Of a stretch of DNA of 64,000 nucleotides, positions 29,057-39,485 are shown piece by piece (position 1 is the first letter of the stretch; each line of letters opens with the position of its first letter). Position numbers and translations under genes: made by a program. This stretch comes from an uncultured Bacteroidia bacterium (GTDB lineage Bacteria; Bacteroidota; Bacteroidia; Bacteroidales; UBA932). A model generated the notes under the pieces. That model saw only the letters and a program-made list of their open reading frames with translations. It searched no databases and was not told the origin of the DNA. The DNA lies in the NCBI GenBank assembly GCA_902797435.1, contig CADBSV010000055.1, forward strand, positions 4,478 through 68,477, given 5' to 3'.

Positions 29057-31996
29057 TCAGTTATCTACCGTAAATATTGCCTTCAGGCCCGAGAATTCCG
29101 GATGGATCGGGTCGTAGATGTATTTTAATCCTATGTGGGAGGAGAACGGCAGCCAGGCTAAATTAGACAGCTGTACCGCTATGCCTGCGCCGACCGAAGC
29201 GTCAAACTCTTTTGAGGGGGAGCCTCCCGTGACGGGAGTGGCTACGCTGTAGGAGCCTGAGCCGTAGAGATGCAGCTCGAAGTTGCGGATATACGTAAGC
29301 GGACTCAGGAAACTCCAGTCCACAGGGGCGAAAGGCACGGCATACTCAACGCTGGCGTCGCAGTTGTCGGTATTAACCCATCTCCCGCCGAATTCGTGCG
29401 CCGCTCCCAGTTCGAGTCTCCATCCGTCGGTTCTGAAGAATCCCGGCAGATAGCCGTACAGGAGGGCGTTCACCTTCGAAGGCACCCATACCCTGTGAAG
29501 CGGCCGGTCCACAATGCTGAGTTCCATACCTGCGCCCAGCTTCGGGAAGAATCCCGAGGGGACCGAAGGCAGCATGGCATATCCCCTGAGCGCTGCGGCA
29601 AAAGCAAGGGAGGTGGCGGCTCCTTTTATGATGTCCGTATCGCCGGTATAGGCATTTTGTTTATAATTCATTACAGGCGTGTAGTCGTTGGAGACTCCGG
29701 CGGCAAGCGACGGGATGATTCCCCTCTGCCATGCACCTGAATTGAACCGCAGGGGGAGATAAACCCTCGCGGTGCCGCTCAGCCTTGTCATGGGCAGGGT
29801 GTCAATCTGGGGAGAGAATGTAATGGAGTTCCCGTCTATGTTATAGTCGTACATCTCGAGCAGCGCATTGCGTCCTCCTACCGTGGCCTTGAGTTCTATC
29901 ACCGGGAGCATGCCGCGGTAAACCCATTGCGCATGCAGGGCGGGCAATCCCTTCCCGAGCCATTCCAGCCCAACCTGTCCGTATGAGCTTTCGAGATCGT
30001 TCTGGAACCATACCGTAGCACCGAGTGAAGACTCTTCCCCGATGGTTTCGAAACTGGACGATGACACCACGTTGTCGTCAACATAAATCGGTGCCCATGA
30101 ATGCACCTTGAACAGATGGCGGGACTTTATGTAGGGCTTTTCCTCTGTCAGACTGACGTTTTCCGGAGTGATTTCATCCAGAACCAGCCCGGAGGCCGCA
30201 ATGAGGGAATCCTCCTGCCGGGAGAGCTTTTCAGGTATGGGCCTGGGAAGGGGAGCAGGCGATACTTCCATTGCAAGCATCTTCTCTGCCGGCAAGGCCC
30301 TGAGGCCATTGTCGTTGGAGCTTACGGAACTGAAGAGCAGATTCTCCCCGAAGAAAGTCCAGTCGCCTCCTCCGAAGTGCAGGTTGGTCTCCTGATGCAG
30401 CGGCCCGCCGGGACGGACTGAGTAAAGCTCGGAAGTGCCGTCGCGGTCCGAAGAAAACCAGAGCCTTCCGTCCCATCCGTACAAGCGGCTTATCTTGACG
30501 CTTTCGGGACGCAGGATTTCCTTCCATCCGTCCGCCTCATAGAGGCCGAATCCGTCCTTGCTGATGGCCGAAACGAACAGTTTCCCGCCGAGCCAAGCCG
30601 CCTCCACAAGTTGCAGGCTGCCAGGTGCCGTTACAGAGGAAATCCTTTCCCCGCTGCGGGCGTTGAGCACCACAAGTGCGGTGCGGCTGTCCGGCAGGTT
30701 CTCCACCACCGCCAGAAGGCTGTCCTCTGGTGAGGCCGCAGGGTTGTACCAGCGGGAATACTTTTCGCCTAATACGGCTTTCTTCCTTGTGACGGGATCG
30801 AAGCTCCAAAGCCTCGAATACGACTTCTTCTCCCAGCGGACATCGCTGCTGAGTTCGGTCCAGTAGAGTTTTCCGGTGGCTTCGCTTGAGGCAAGGCGCG
30901 AAGTCCTGGAGTTCATATAGGCAAGATGCCTTACATTTCCGTCCTCCTCTATCTGAACCAGTTCCTGCACGAGGTCGAGTCCCGACCGTATGGCATAAAC
31001 CTTCCCGGCAAGGACTGCGGTTCCGTAGAAAGAACGGAAGTACCGGGTAGAATCCACTATGCGCTTCCCCTCCATGAACGGCCCCGCCAGTTCCTGCCGC
31101 AGCGAGTCGTTGGCCTCCCAGTCGGCCTCGAAACTCTCTTCTATGGTCCTGAAAGCCTTCCGGAACTTCATTCCCGAAACTTCCTTTACGCTCTTCTGCA
31201 GGTTGAACGTCGGATAGAGGGGTTTGCGGAGTATCCTCTGATAATAGTATTTTGTAAAGTCGGCTTTATCGAAAGTGTAGCGCATTCCGGCATGCAGCAT
31301 ATATCCTGCCCGGTAGTAGTCGGGGGTGTACCACCTCTGCGAACCCATGCTCCATTTCCAATAGTCGCGGTATTGCCCTTCTGCAAACGCGGCCCTGTAG
31401 TACGAAAGGAAATCGGCGGTGCGGCCGCGTCCCGATTCTGTGAGTGCCGTTTCTGCTGCAACGGCATCCCCTTCAAGGAAAGTGGGGCCGGAGTATATGG
31501 CGGCGAGCACCCCGTCAACCACTTCTCCGGCTAGCAGTTTGAAAATCCTGAACTTCGGTGCACTTGCTCCCAGCTGCATCTGCACCACATGCCTGCCTTC
31601 GTGCACCGACAGCATGTCCACCCAGTTAAGCGCCTCAGGGCCATAGCTTTCCGGATTGGTGTATATGGACAGGTTTCTCGGAGCCCAGGAGACGCTTCCG
31701 TTGGAGTAGGCGGTCTGGCTGTGGAGCACAACCGGATGCGGCTTCTTGTAGAACTGGTTGGCCATGAAGCCGGAGGTCATGCTGTTGGGCACGCGGAACT
31801 TCTCCAGAGAAGCGGCGTAGCATCTGGCAAGGGAGTCCAGCCCTTCGGGGAAGATGAGCTTGAAATTGGGGCTGCTGAAGCTGCTCCATTTCAGGTCCGG
31901 TGATTCGGTACCCGACCCGGTGAACTGTGCCGCAGCCGGAAAAGAAACGGCTGCGGCAAGGCTTAGGAATATGATTGTCGATATGATTCGTTTCAT
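29057..31996 (-). CDS. Large exported/outer-membrane protein: gluzincin-like N-terminus, TolB-like propeller, beta-rich C-terminus
   Basis: Signal peptide from MKRIIS, HEGRH plus downstream LEGDAV, propeller-like NPAASPED and FSSDRDG, amphipathic C-terminal strands. Confidence 0.65.
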   Translation of the reverse strand: MKRIISTIIFLSLAAAVSFPAAAQFTGSGTESPDLKWSSFSSPNFKLIFPEGLDSLARCYAASLEKFRVPNSMTSGFMANQFYKKPHPVVLHSQTAYSNGSVSWAPRNLSIYTNPESYGPEALNWVDMLSVHEGRHVVQMQLGASAPKFRIFKLLAGEVVDGVLAAIYSGPTFLEGDAVAAETALTESGRGRTADFLSYYRAAFAEGQYRDYWKWSMGSQRWYTPDYYRAGYMLHAGMRYTFDKADFTKYYYQRILRKPLYPTFNLQKSVKEVSGMKFRKAFRTIEESFEADWEANDSLRQELAGPFMEGKRIVDSTRYFRSFYGTAVLAGKVYAIRSGLDLVQELVQIEEDGNVRHLAYMNSRTSRLASSEATGKLYWTELSSDVRWEKKSYSRLWSFDPVTRKKAVLGEKYSRWYNPAASPEDSLLAVVENLPDSRTALVVLNARSGERISSVTAPGSLQLVEAAWLGGKLFVSAISKDGFGLYEADGWKEILRPESVKISRLYGWDGRLWFSSDRDGTSELYSVRPGGPLHQETNLHFGGGDWTFFGENLLFSSVSSNDNGLRALPAEKMLAMEVSPAPLPRPIPEKLSRQEDSLIAASGLVLDEITPENVSLTEEKPYIKSRHLFKVHSWAPIYVDDNVVSSSSFETIGEESSLGATVWFQNDLESSYGQVGLEWLGKGLPALHAQWVYRGMLPVIELKATVGGRNALLEMYDYNIDGNSITFSPQIDTLPMTRLSGTARVYLPLRFNSGAWQRGIIPSLAAGVSNDYTPVMNYKQNAYTGDTDIIKGAATSLAFAAALRGYAMLPSVPSGFFPKLGAGMELSIVDRPLHRVWVPSKVNALLYGYLPGFFRTDGWRLELGAAHEFGGRWVNTDNCDASVEYAVPFAPVDWSFLSPLTYIRNFELHLYGSGSYSVATPVTGGSPSKEFDASVGAGIAVQLSNLAWLPFSSHIGLKYIYDPIHPEFSGLKAIFTVDN

Positions 31997-32093
31997 TTCA
32001 GATGAGAGTTTCTGCAAAGATAGAGGTTTTTTATCTGGCTGCCCGGAAATCCGAAAAAAATACGTACTTTTATAAACCGTTTTCGCTCCGGAA

Positions 32094-33044
32094 ATGAAAA
32101 AGATTCTTCGAATAACCGTCTTTGCCGCATTTCTGGCAGCCGCAGTCTGCTGTGGCAGCCGTGGTGGCAGGCAGCGCCAGGCACCGCCCCGGCCGTTCCC
32201 CCAGACGGATATACCCTCAGCCTACACTTCTGCACAGGACCGCCTTTCTTATGCGGCCGCCCACTATTGGGACGGTTATCTTGCAGGCACGGGAGCAACG
32301 GACAGCCTCCTTATTCTGGGAGTTCCCAGGGCGGAACTTGAGCAGGCCCTTTCCAATTATATCTACCTTCTTTGGAATCTTCCGCTCGGAGAGGCGCAGC
32401 AGAATGTGGCGGCGCTCTTCAAAGGAGTCTGCAAGGCTCAGCAAAGGGATACCGCTTCGCAGTTCTACACGCAGTTTTCCCAGATGGCGGCGTCTTACTT
32501 CTACGATCCCAACTCTCCCCTGAGGGACGAAGACCTTTGGCTTCCTTACGTCCGCGGTCTTGCGGAGAGTCCCCTTTCCAGGGATGACATGCGGACGGCC
32601 TGGCGTTACGAAGCTTCCGTCTGCGCCCTGTGTCAGCGTGGCAGCACCGCTCCCGACATAAAGGCGGAGCGTCCCGACGGCAGCCGCTTCTCCCTGCACG
32701 GAATAAAGGCTCCATGGACGCTCCTGTTCTTTACAAATCCCGGCTGCAAAGCCTGCAAGGAGATAATAGACAAGATAAATTACGAATTTGGGCAGATGGT
32801 TGCATCGGGCCGTCTCGCCGTTGCCAACATATATATCGACGAAGACTACAAGGCGTGGAGGGAGTATGTTTCCTCATATCCGCCGCAGTGGTACACCGGC
32901 TTCGATTATGGGCGCACCGTAAGGGAGGGGCACGAATATGACGTGAGGGCCATACCGTCCCTGTATCTTCTGGATTCGTCGAAAACCATTGTGCTCAAGG
33001 ACGCGCCCTTTGAAAGGGTGGTCGAAATACTGCAGAACCAATAA
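32094..33044 (+). CDS. DUF5106-type lipoprotein with C-terminal thioredoxin-like (TlpA/AhpC-TSA) domain
   Basis: Lipobox AVCC, AHYWD, YFYDPNSPLRDE, GSTAPD, NPGCKAC, YDVRAIPSLYLLD. Confidence 0.8.
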   Translation: MKKILRITVFAAFLAAAVCCGSRGGRQRQAPPRPFPQTDIPSAYTSAQDRLSYAAAHYWDGYLAGTGATDSLLILGVPRAELEQALSNYIYLLWNLPLGEAQQNVAALFKGVCKAQQRDTASQFYTQFSQMAASYFYDPNSPLRDEDLWLPYVRGLAESPLSRDDMRTAWRYEASVCALCQRGSTAPDIKAERPDGSRFSLHGIKAPWTLLFFTNPGCKACKEIIDKINYEFGQMVASGRLAVANIYIDEDYKAWREYVSSYPPQWYTGFDYGRTVREGHEYDVRAIPSLYLLDSSKTIVLKDAPFERVVEILQNQ

Positions 33045-33056
33045 TACCGCATAATC

Positions 33057-34103
33057 ATGAAAATAACGAAAGAAGTCTGGGGTTCGGCCCAGGGAAAGGA
33101 AATCCTCAAATACACGCTGGAAAACAAGGCCGGCGCAAGCGTAGTGCTCAGCAGTATCGGAGCTGGAATCGTTTCCATAAACGTTCCCGACCGTGACGGC
33201 CGTCTTGCCGACGTGGTTATAGGTTATCCCAAGGCGGAGAGCTATTTCGGCGACGGACCGTGCGCCGGGAAATGTCCCGGAAGATATGCCAACCGGATTG
33301 CAAACGGAAAGTTCTCCCTGGACGGAGAGGAATACACCCTTCCCGTCAACAACGGTCCCAATCATCTTCACGGCGGCCCGGACGGTTTCCAGAACAAGGT
33401 ATGGGATAGCCGGATAGACGGCGAGGCCGTGGAGTTCATGTACTATAGTCCCGATGCGGAGATGGGGTATCCCGGCAACCTGAAGGTGGTGGCCCGTTAC
33501 CAGTGGAGCGAGGATAACCGTCTTCAACTCACTTTCACGGCCCAGTCCGACAAGGCTACCGTTGTAAACCTCACAAACCACGTCTATTTCAATCTCGACG
33601 GCGAAGGTTCCGGCAGCGTTCTGGAACATGTCCTTAAGCTTAATGCTTCCGAGTATCTGCCCTCCGACCCCACTCTCATACCCCTCGGGGACTCTGAGCC
33701 GGTTGCCGGAACTCCTATGGATTTCATTAATCCGAAGCCCATCGGAAGGGACATTAAGGCCGATTTCGAGCCGCTTCGCATAGGAAAGGGCTATGACCAC
33801 TGCTTCGTCATCGACGACTATGCCGAAGGCCAGCTTGCCGATGCCGCACAGCTATACTCACCCAAGTCGGGCCGGAAGGTTAAGATTTCCACTACCCAGC
33901 CCGGTATCCAGGTATATACCGGAAACTATCTTGACGGTTGCCCGGAGGGCAAGAACGGCCACATCTATCACGATTATGATGCCGTGGCACTCGAGTGCCA
34001 GCACTATCCCGACTGCCCCAACCATCCCGACTATCCTTCGACGGTGCTTCGTCCGGGTCAGACCTACGAACAGGCCATAATCTGGGCTTTCGAATCAGAA
34101 TAA
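33057..34103 (+). CDS. galM: Aldose 1-epimerase (galactose mutarotase)
   Basis: GRYANRI, NHLHGG, GYPGNL, NLTNHVYFNL, GYDHCF, QVYTGN, ALECQ. Confidence 0.95.
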   Translation: MKITKEVWGSAQGKEILKYTLENKAGASVVLSSIGAGIVSINVPDRDGRLADVVIGYPKAESYFGDGPCAGKCPGRYANRIANGKFSLDGEEYTLPVNNGPNHLHGGPDGFQNKVWDSRIDGEAVEFMYYSPDAEMGYPGNLKVVARYQWSEDNRLQLTFTAQSDKATVVNLTNHVYFNLDGEGSGSVLEHVLKLNASEYLPSDPTLIPLGDSEPVAGTPMDFINPKPIGRDIKADFEPLRIGKGYDHCFVIDDYAEGQLADAAQLYSPKSGRKVKISTTQPGIQVYTGNYLDGCPEGKNGHIYHDYDAVALECQHYPDCPNHPDYPSTVLRPGQTYEQAIIWAFESE

Positions 34104-34706
34104 AACCGGTTCCAGGGCCTTCGGGTGGAAAGATTTCCGGTGGTGCGGAGTGAATCCGTACCGCCGGATCGCTTCTATGTGTTCGGGGGTAGGGTAGCCG
34201 AAATTGCGCTCCCATCCATACTGCGGAAACTCGGCTGCAAGCCGGCGCATATACTCGTCCCTGTGGGTTTTGGCCAGCACCGAAGCCGCCGCGATGCTGG
34301 CATATGTGGCGTCTCCATGCACCACGGTGGCTGCCCGGTATCCTTTCAGCGGTCTCCATCTGTTTCCGTCGATAAGCAGCCACTCCGGCTTCACGTCCAG
34401 CTTCAGCACCGCCCTCTGCATCCCGGTGATGGATGCCCAGAGGATGTTGAGGCTGTCTATTTCTTCGGCGCTCACTTCTTCCACCGCCCAGGCCACGGCG
34501 TCCCTTTCGATAATCTCGCGAAGGGCGTTCCTGTCTGCCTCGTTCATCTGCTTTGAGTCGTTAAGGCGCTCATCGCTGAAACCTTCCGGAAGAATTACCG
34601 CAGCTGCAAACACCGGCCCGGCAAGAGGTCCGCGTCCGGCCTCGTCGCATCCTGCCTCCACGGCTCCGGGGTGCATGAAGGGAAGAAGTGCGGAATTACG
34701 GTTCAT
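34095..34706 (-). CDS. rnhB: Ribonuclease HII
   Basis: GCDEAGRGPLAGPV, DSK, IDGN, GDATYASIAAASVLAK, GYPT, HRKSF. Start at MNRNS. Confidence 0.95.
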   Translation of the reverse strand: MNRNSALLPFMHPGAVEAGCDEAGRGPLAGPVFAAAVILPEGFSDERLNDSKQMNEADRNALREIIERDAVAWAVEEVSAEEIDSLNILWASITGMQRAVLKLDVKPEWLLIDGNRWRPLKGYRAATVVHGDATYASIAAASVLAKTHRDEYMRRLAAEFPQYGWERNFGYPTPEHIEAIRRYGFTPHHRKSFHPKALEPVLF

Positions 34707-35703
34707 CGAATTGTAGTTTAACTCCGTACGATGGCAGCGGAAGGGTTTTTGACACCGGATTTCCAAGCCCTACGAAGCCGATGCCGCCGTCGATGTTATC
34801 AGGGATGGCGACGTCTTCGAGCGCCATGTCCGAGGAGCTTCCTTCACCCAGGCTCCCGATTGCCTTGAGGTAATAGTAGTGCCTTATGTCTATATGTGAG
34901 ATCCTTACTTCTATGCAGGGGTTTACACTTATGGAGTCGGCAATTACGGGGGCATTTTCGGGAAAACTCCACATTTCGCTAACGTCCACCTTTGGCTTGA
35001 GCACTACGGAAGAACGGTCGAACTGGCTGTCGAAAAACGCACCGTAGCGGTTTGGGGTGCCGAAATCCAGGTCCATTCCCATATTTGCGGCGGCAATGTT
35101 GTCTTCTGCAAGGATAAGGTCGTCGCTGCAGTCAAGGGAAAGGCGCTTGCAGGAAGCGAATGTTCCGAGGCTGACCTTGCCGAGGAAGAATTCCGTACTG
35201 GCACGGTAAAGGATGTCCAGGCTGTAGTAGTCTGCGCCTTCCTCCTTGTCGGTCATTCCTATCCGGAAAGCGAGCTGCCGCGATGTCGAATCCCCTACGG
35301 TGAGAGTGTCTATCTTGCCGAGTTCCGCCTTGCATGGAACGCTCACTTCGGCTCTGGCCAAGTATCTTTCAGCCGAGGCCTCCAGTCTTACGCGGTCTCC
35401 TTCGGAGAACGGGGTGGAAAAGACGAAAAGGCGCTGCCTCGGCATATCGGAGCTTGTCTCCGTGGCCACTCCTGCAAGTTCTCCGTTCACATAGCAGCTT
35501 ACATTCGCATCTCCTGTAAGGCTGTCCACCTTCTCGGGACGGCTCACCGACAGATACACCTTGTGGGCGTCTTCACCTGCGCTCATAAGAGAGTTCATCA
35601 CGATCCGGGGACCGCTGTCCCGCTGGACATAGGTCAGATCATTCATGCATCCTGCGGCAAGCCCCAGCAGGCAGAGGTGCGCTATCAGAACTTTCTTGTC
35701 CAT
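34696..35703 (-). CDS. DUF4249-type lipoprotein, partner of the adjacent TonB-dependent receptor
   Basis: Start MDKKVL with lipobox LAAGC, C-terminal NIDGGIGFVG; directly downstream of a TBDR. Confidence 0.75.
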   Translation of the reverse strand: MDKKVLIAHLCLLGLAAGCMNDLTYVQRDSGPRIVMNSLMSAGEDAHKVYLSVSRPEKVDSLTGDANVSCYVNGELAGVATETSSDMPRQRLFVFSTPFSEGDRVRLEASAERYLARAEVSVPCKAELGKIDTLTVGDSTSRQLAFRIGMTDKEEGADYYSLDILYRASTEFFLGKVSLGTFASCKRLSLDCSDDLILAEDNIAAANMGMDLDFGTPNRYGAFFDSQFDRSSVVLKPKVDVSEMWSFPENAPVIADSISVNPCIEVRISHIDIRHYYYLKAIGSLGEGSSSDMALEDVAIPDNIDGGIGFVGLGNPVSKTLPLPSYGVKLQFDEP

Positions 35704-38132
35704 CCTATAGAGGGTATTAGAGGTAACATAGTGAGTTTCTGGAGCCTTACTCCGCTGTCCACCAGATTGCCGTCGGAATCGTACTTGGCATAGGTATCGG
35801 AAAAGACGAAGTTGGGGTTCATTTCGTTGTAAACGTTGTACACGGAGAGGTCCCATACCGATTCCCCGCGGCGGTGCTGTTTTGTCCATGAAAAGCCTAT
35901 GTTGAGGCGGTGCGACGGGGGCAGGCGGTAATTGTTGCGCCCCGACACGAAGCTTGTCTGGATGACGGTGCCGTCGGGAGTGAGTACGGATGTCTGCCGT
36001 TCCGGGATGGTCATTGTGTTTCCGGATGCGAATGTCCATGTACCGGAAAGATTCAGCCCGCTTCCCAGGTCGTAGTTCAGCACAAGGGAGACGTTGTGCC
36101 GGCGGTCGTAACGGTAGGGGAACCAGTCTCCGCCGTTAATACTACCGTTCGGGAAGCGGCGGTCGCTCCAGGCGAGCGTGTATCCAAGCCACCCGGAGAG
36201 GTTTCCCGTCTTTTTCTCCACGAAGAGTTCCACTCCGCGGGCGAGTCCCTCTCCCATTTCTACATTGTTCTGCCAGTTGGCGCTGTTTCCGAAGAAAGAT
36301 GTTCCGTCGCGGTACTCAAGGATATTGTGCATCCATTTGCAGTAGGCTTCCAGCGATATCTCCCACCCTTCGAATCCCGACCAGTACAGACCGGCCGAAA
36401 CCTGGTCGGAAGTAACCGGTTTGATTCTGTCCGTGATGGGTACCCACAGGTCGGTAGGTAGGGTGATTGAGGAGGGAGAAAGCAGGTGTACATACTGGGC
36501 CATGCGGGAGTAGGCGGCTTTTGCCGACAGGGCGTCCGAGAAGCTGTACTTGACGCTCATCCTTGGTTCGAGGCTCCAGTAGGGGGTTCCCTGCGTGTGG
36601 AAGAACGCGACGTGCATGCCCGGATTCAGGGTGAACTTCTCCCACAGGGTGAAGTCGTCTTCGGCGTATATGCTCACCTCGTGTCCGCGAAGGACGCTGT
36701 TCACAGAAGCCTTGAAGGTGGTATCGACAGTGGCCGATACATCCCCGCTGTCGAAGTCGGATATGTACCCGCCTACCGTTTCCGGAATAAAGGTATGGTG
36801 CACGTATTCCGCCCCGAATTTCACCAGGTGCTCCGGGGTGGGGGTGTAGTCGAAATCAATCTTGGCGGTGAGGTCCCGCATGCCGGACTCATACCCGAAA
36901 CGGAAGGTGTTCCTTATGTCCGTCACGGTGCCTGTACTCATGTCCTTGCGGGTCTCGCGGCTGTTGATGTCAAGCCCAACGCTCATCTTGTACCTTGTCC
37001 AGGCGAGGGTTGTGTTGGAGAAGAGCTTGTTGGAGAAGACATGGTTCCAGCGCAGCCCTCCGAGGGTGTTGCCCCAGCCGATGTCTATCCTCGCCGCGTT
37101 GCTGCCTGAGGTCCTGTAAGCGTTCCCGTCCCCGTAATCCACAATGTCTTCCGCACTGCTGTCGGAGTCTTTGTAGTAGAAGATGTCGCGTCCGTTGTAG
37201 ATGTTTGCAAACAGGCGGTCCCTGTCGGAAATGCGCCAGGTGAGTTTTCCGCTCAGGTCGTAGAAGTAATAGTTTACCGGGGTGCCGGCAATCCTGTGTA
37301 TGATAGGGGTGTAGAGGAAGGTGTGCAGGGTGCGCCCGCTCAGGCTGAAAGCGAGCTTGTCCTTTATGATGGGACCTTCCAGATGCACCTTGTCGGTGAG
37401 TGCGCTTATGCCTACGCTGCCATGGAACTCCTTGAGGTTTCCGTCATTGGTGCGCACGTCGATGATGGAAGATATCCTTCCGCCGTACCTGGCGGGGAAA
37501 CTGCCCTTGTAGAGGGTTACTTTCTTTACCGCTTCCGGCTGGAAAACAGAAAGGATTCCCATCAGGTGCTCCGCATTGTAAAGGGCGATGCCGTCCAGCA
37601 GCAGAAGGTTCTCCTCCGGGCCTCCTCCCCGCACGTAAATACCCGAGAAACCCTCGGCTCCGCTCTGCACGCCGGGCATCAGCTGTATGGTCTTCAGGAC
37701 ATCGTGTTCGCCGAAGAGCACCGGTGCATGCTGGATCACCTGCATGGGCAGTTCGATGGCGCTCATCTTTGTGCTTTGTATGCCGGCCTCTGGATTGCTT
37801 GCCGTAACGGTAGCCCCCTTCAGTGCAGCTTCGGGCCTCAGGGTTACGCTTACGGTTGTGTCCCTTGTAAGATTGATGCTTACCGTCTGCACCGCATAGC
37901 CGACATAGGAAAAGCTTATCGTGTGCGCTCCTTTCGGCAGGGTGAGGGTGTAGAATCCGTAAGCGTTGGTGACGGCACCGCGCGTGCCTTCCACCGCTCC
38001 GGCTCCGATGAGGGTCTCGCCCGTAAGGGAGTCGGTAATGTAACCGCTCACCGTGGCCTTCTGCGCCAAAGCGCTGATACTGAATATTATAAGAAATGAA
38101 AGCGCGGACATTGTCCGCTGAATAAAGTGCAT
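35685..38132 (-). CDS. TonB-dependent receptor with N-terminal carboxypeptidase-like regulatory domain
   Basis: SGYITD..TGETLIGA, TNAYGFY, plug LMPGV..YVRGG..NLLLLDG, FPARYGGR, C-terminal Phe. Confidence 0.92.
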   Translation of the reverse strand: MHFIQRTMSALSFLIIFSISALAQKATVSGYITDSLTGETLIGAGAVEGTRGAVTNAYGFYTLTLPKGAHTISFSYVGYAVQTVSINLTRDTTVSVTLRPEAALKGATVTASNPEAGIQSTKMSAIELPMQVIQHAPVLFGEHDVLKTIQLMPGVQSGAEGFSGIYVRGGGPEENLLLLDGIALYNAEHLMGILSVFQPEAVKKVTLYKGSFPARYGGRISSIIDVRTNDGNLKEFHGSVGISALTDKVHLEGPIIKDKLAFSLSGRTLHTFLYTPIIHRIAGTPVNYYFYDLSGKLTWRISDRDRLFANIYNGRDIFYYKDSDSSAEDIVDYGDGNAYRTSGSNAARIDIGWGNTLGGLRWNHVFSNKLFSNTTLAWTRYKMSVGLDINSRETRKDMSTGTVTDIRNTFRFGYESGMRDLTAKIDFDYTPTPEHLVKFGAEYVHHTFIPETVGGYISDFDSGDVSATVDTTFKASVNSVLRGHEVSIYAEDDFTLWEKFTLNPGMHVAFFHTQGTPYWSLEPRMSVKYSFSDALSAKAAYSRMAQYVHLLSPSSITLPTDLWVPITDRIKPVTSDQVSAGLYWSGFEGWEISLEAYCKWMHNILEYRDGTSFFGNSANWQNNVEMGEGLARGVELFVEKKTGNLSGWLGYTLAWSDRRFPNGSINGGDWFPYRYDRRHNVSLVLNYDLGSGLNLSGTWTFASGNTMTIPERQTSVLTPDGTVIQTSFVSGRNNYRLPPSHRLNIGFSWTKQHRRGESVWDLSVYNVYNEMNPNFVFSDTYAKYDSDGNLVDSGVRLQKLTMLPLIPSIGWTRKF

Positions 38133-38147
38133 AATCCTTCTCTCCTT

Positions 38148-38942
38148 CTACACTGCTACCGGAGCCTTGATTGCCGGCCATGGGTCGTAGCCCTCGAGCT
38201 GGAAATCGTCAATCCTGAAATCGAACACGCTTTTCACGTCGGGATTGAGCTTCATCACCGGCAGCGCCCTCGGTGTCCTGGTGAGCTGCAGGTCCACTTG
38301 CTCGAAATGGTTGAGGTAGATGTGCGTATCTCCCGTCGTATGGATGAATTCTCCCGGCTGCAGACCGCACTCCTGGGCTATCATCATCGTAAGGAGCGAA
38401 TACGAAGCGATGTTGAACGGCACCCCGAGGAAGGTGTCCGCGCTGCGCTGGTAGAGCTGGCAGCTCAGGCGCCCCTGCGCCACGTAGAACTGGAAGAGGC
38501 AGTGGCAGGGAGGAAGGGCCATCGCATCCACTTCTCCCGGATTCCAGGCCGAAACGATGAGCCTTCGCGAATCGGGATTGCGCTTGATGGTTTCGATGAC
38601 GCCCCGCAGCTGGTCTATCTTTCGACCGTCAGGAGCCGGCCAACTGCGCCACTGATGGCCATACACAGGGCCCAGATCGCCGTTTTCGTCGGCCCATTCA
38701 TCCCAGATATGAACATTGTTGTCCAGCAGGTACTTTATATTCGTGTCGCCTGCGATGAACCACAGCAGTTCGTGGATTATACCCCTGAGGAACACTTTTT
38801 TGGTTGTCAGAAGAGGAAATCCTTCCCGGAGGTCGTAACGGCTCTGCCAGCCGAAGATGCTCTGTGTCCCCGTTCCCGTGCGGTCCTGTTTGATGACGCC
38901 CTGCGTACGGATTGCCCGCAGCATATCAAGGTATTGCTTCAT
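38148..38942 (-). CDS. thyA: Thymidylate synthase
   Basis: [39 protein letters not shown]. Confidence 0.97.
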   Translation of the reverse strand: MKQYLDMLRAIRTQGVIKQDRTGTGTQSIFGWQSRYDLREGFPLLTTKKVFLRGIIHELLWFIAGDTNIKYLLDNNVHIWDEWADENGDLGPVYGHQWRSWPAPDGRKIDQLRGVIETIKRNPDSRRLIVSAWNPGEVDAMALPPCHCLFQFYVAQGRLSCQLYQRSADTFLGVPFNIASYSLLTMMIAQECGLQPGEFIHTTGDTHIYLNHFEQVDLQLTRTPRALPVMKLNPDVKSVFDFRIDDFQLEGYDPWPAIKAPVAV

Positions 38943-38963
38943 ACTGTTTCGTAATTACTTCTG

Positions 38964-38991
38964 CAAATTTAGCAAAATATCAGTATCTTTG
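38964..38991. promoter_or_regulatory. Back-to-back -7 elements for thyA (minus) and folA (plus)
   Basis: CAAATTTA 38964-38971 and TATCTTTG 38984-38991 match TAnnTTTG on opposite strands. Confidence 0.65.
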
Positions 38992-38996
38992 GGGCT

Positions 38997-39485
38997 ATGG
39001 AAAAATGTCTCATAGTAGCAATAGCGGACAATAACGCCATAGGCGTAAAGGGGCAGCTGCCCTGGCATCTCGGCGAAGACCTCAGATACTTCAAGCGCAA
39101 GACCAAGGGCCATCCGGTGATAATGGGCCGCACGACCTATTTCTCCCTGCCGGTGCGTCCCCTGCCGCAGCGGAAGAACATAGTGCTCAACCTTGGAGGC
39201 GACCCCATCCCGGAGGTTATCTGCGTCAATTCTTTCGACGAGGCCTACAAAGCGGTGCGTCCTGCCCGCAAATGCTTCATCATGGGAGGCGCTTCCGTTT
39301 ACAGGGCCGCCCTGCCCGACATGGACACTCTCTACATAACCCATGTCCACACCACGGTGGAGGGAGCGGATGCATTTTTCCCCGAAATCGATCCTGCAGT
39401 CTGGAGGGCAAGCTGGAAGAGCCGCATCCATCGCGACGAGGCCACGGGATACGAATTCCAGTTTGTAATCTACCGTAAGAAATAA
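38997..39485 (+). CDS. folA: Dihydrofolate reductase
   Basis: AIG..GQLPW..EDLRYFK, IMGRTT, RPLPQRKNIV, MGGASVY, DAFFP. Confidence 0.95.
   Translation: MEKCLIVAIADNNAIGVKGQLPWHLGEDLRYFKRKTKGHPVIMGRTTYFSLPVRPLPQRKNIVLNLGGDPIPEVICVNSFDEAYKAVRPARKCFIMGGASVYRAALPDMDTLYITHVHTTVEGADAFFPEIDPAVWRASWKSRIHRDEATGYEFQFVIYRKK

Noticed and set aside
22929-34103. Galactose operon (galK and galM)
   Set aside because: The genes are 9 kb apart with unrelated genes between them, and I saw no shared operator.
35704-36039. N-terminal extension of the 447-aa ORF at 34696-36039
   Set aside because: It lies inside the TBDR gene; the lipoprotein signal begins at ATG 35703.
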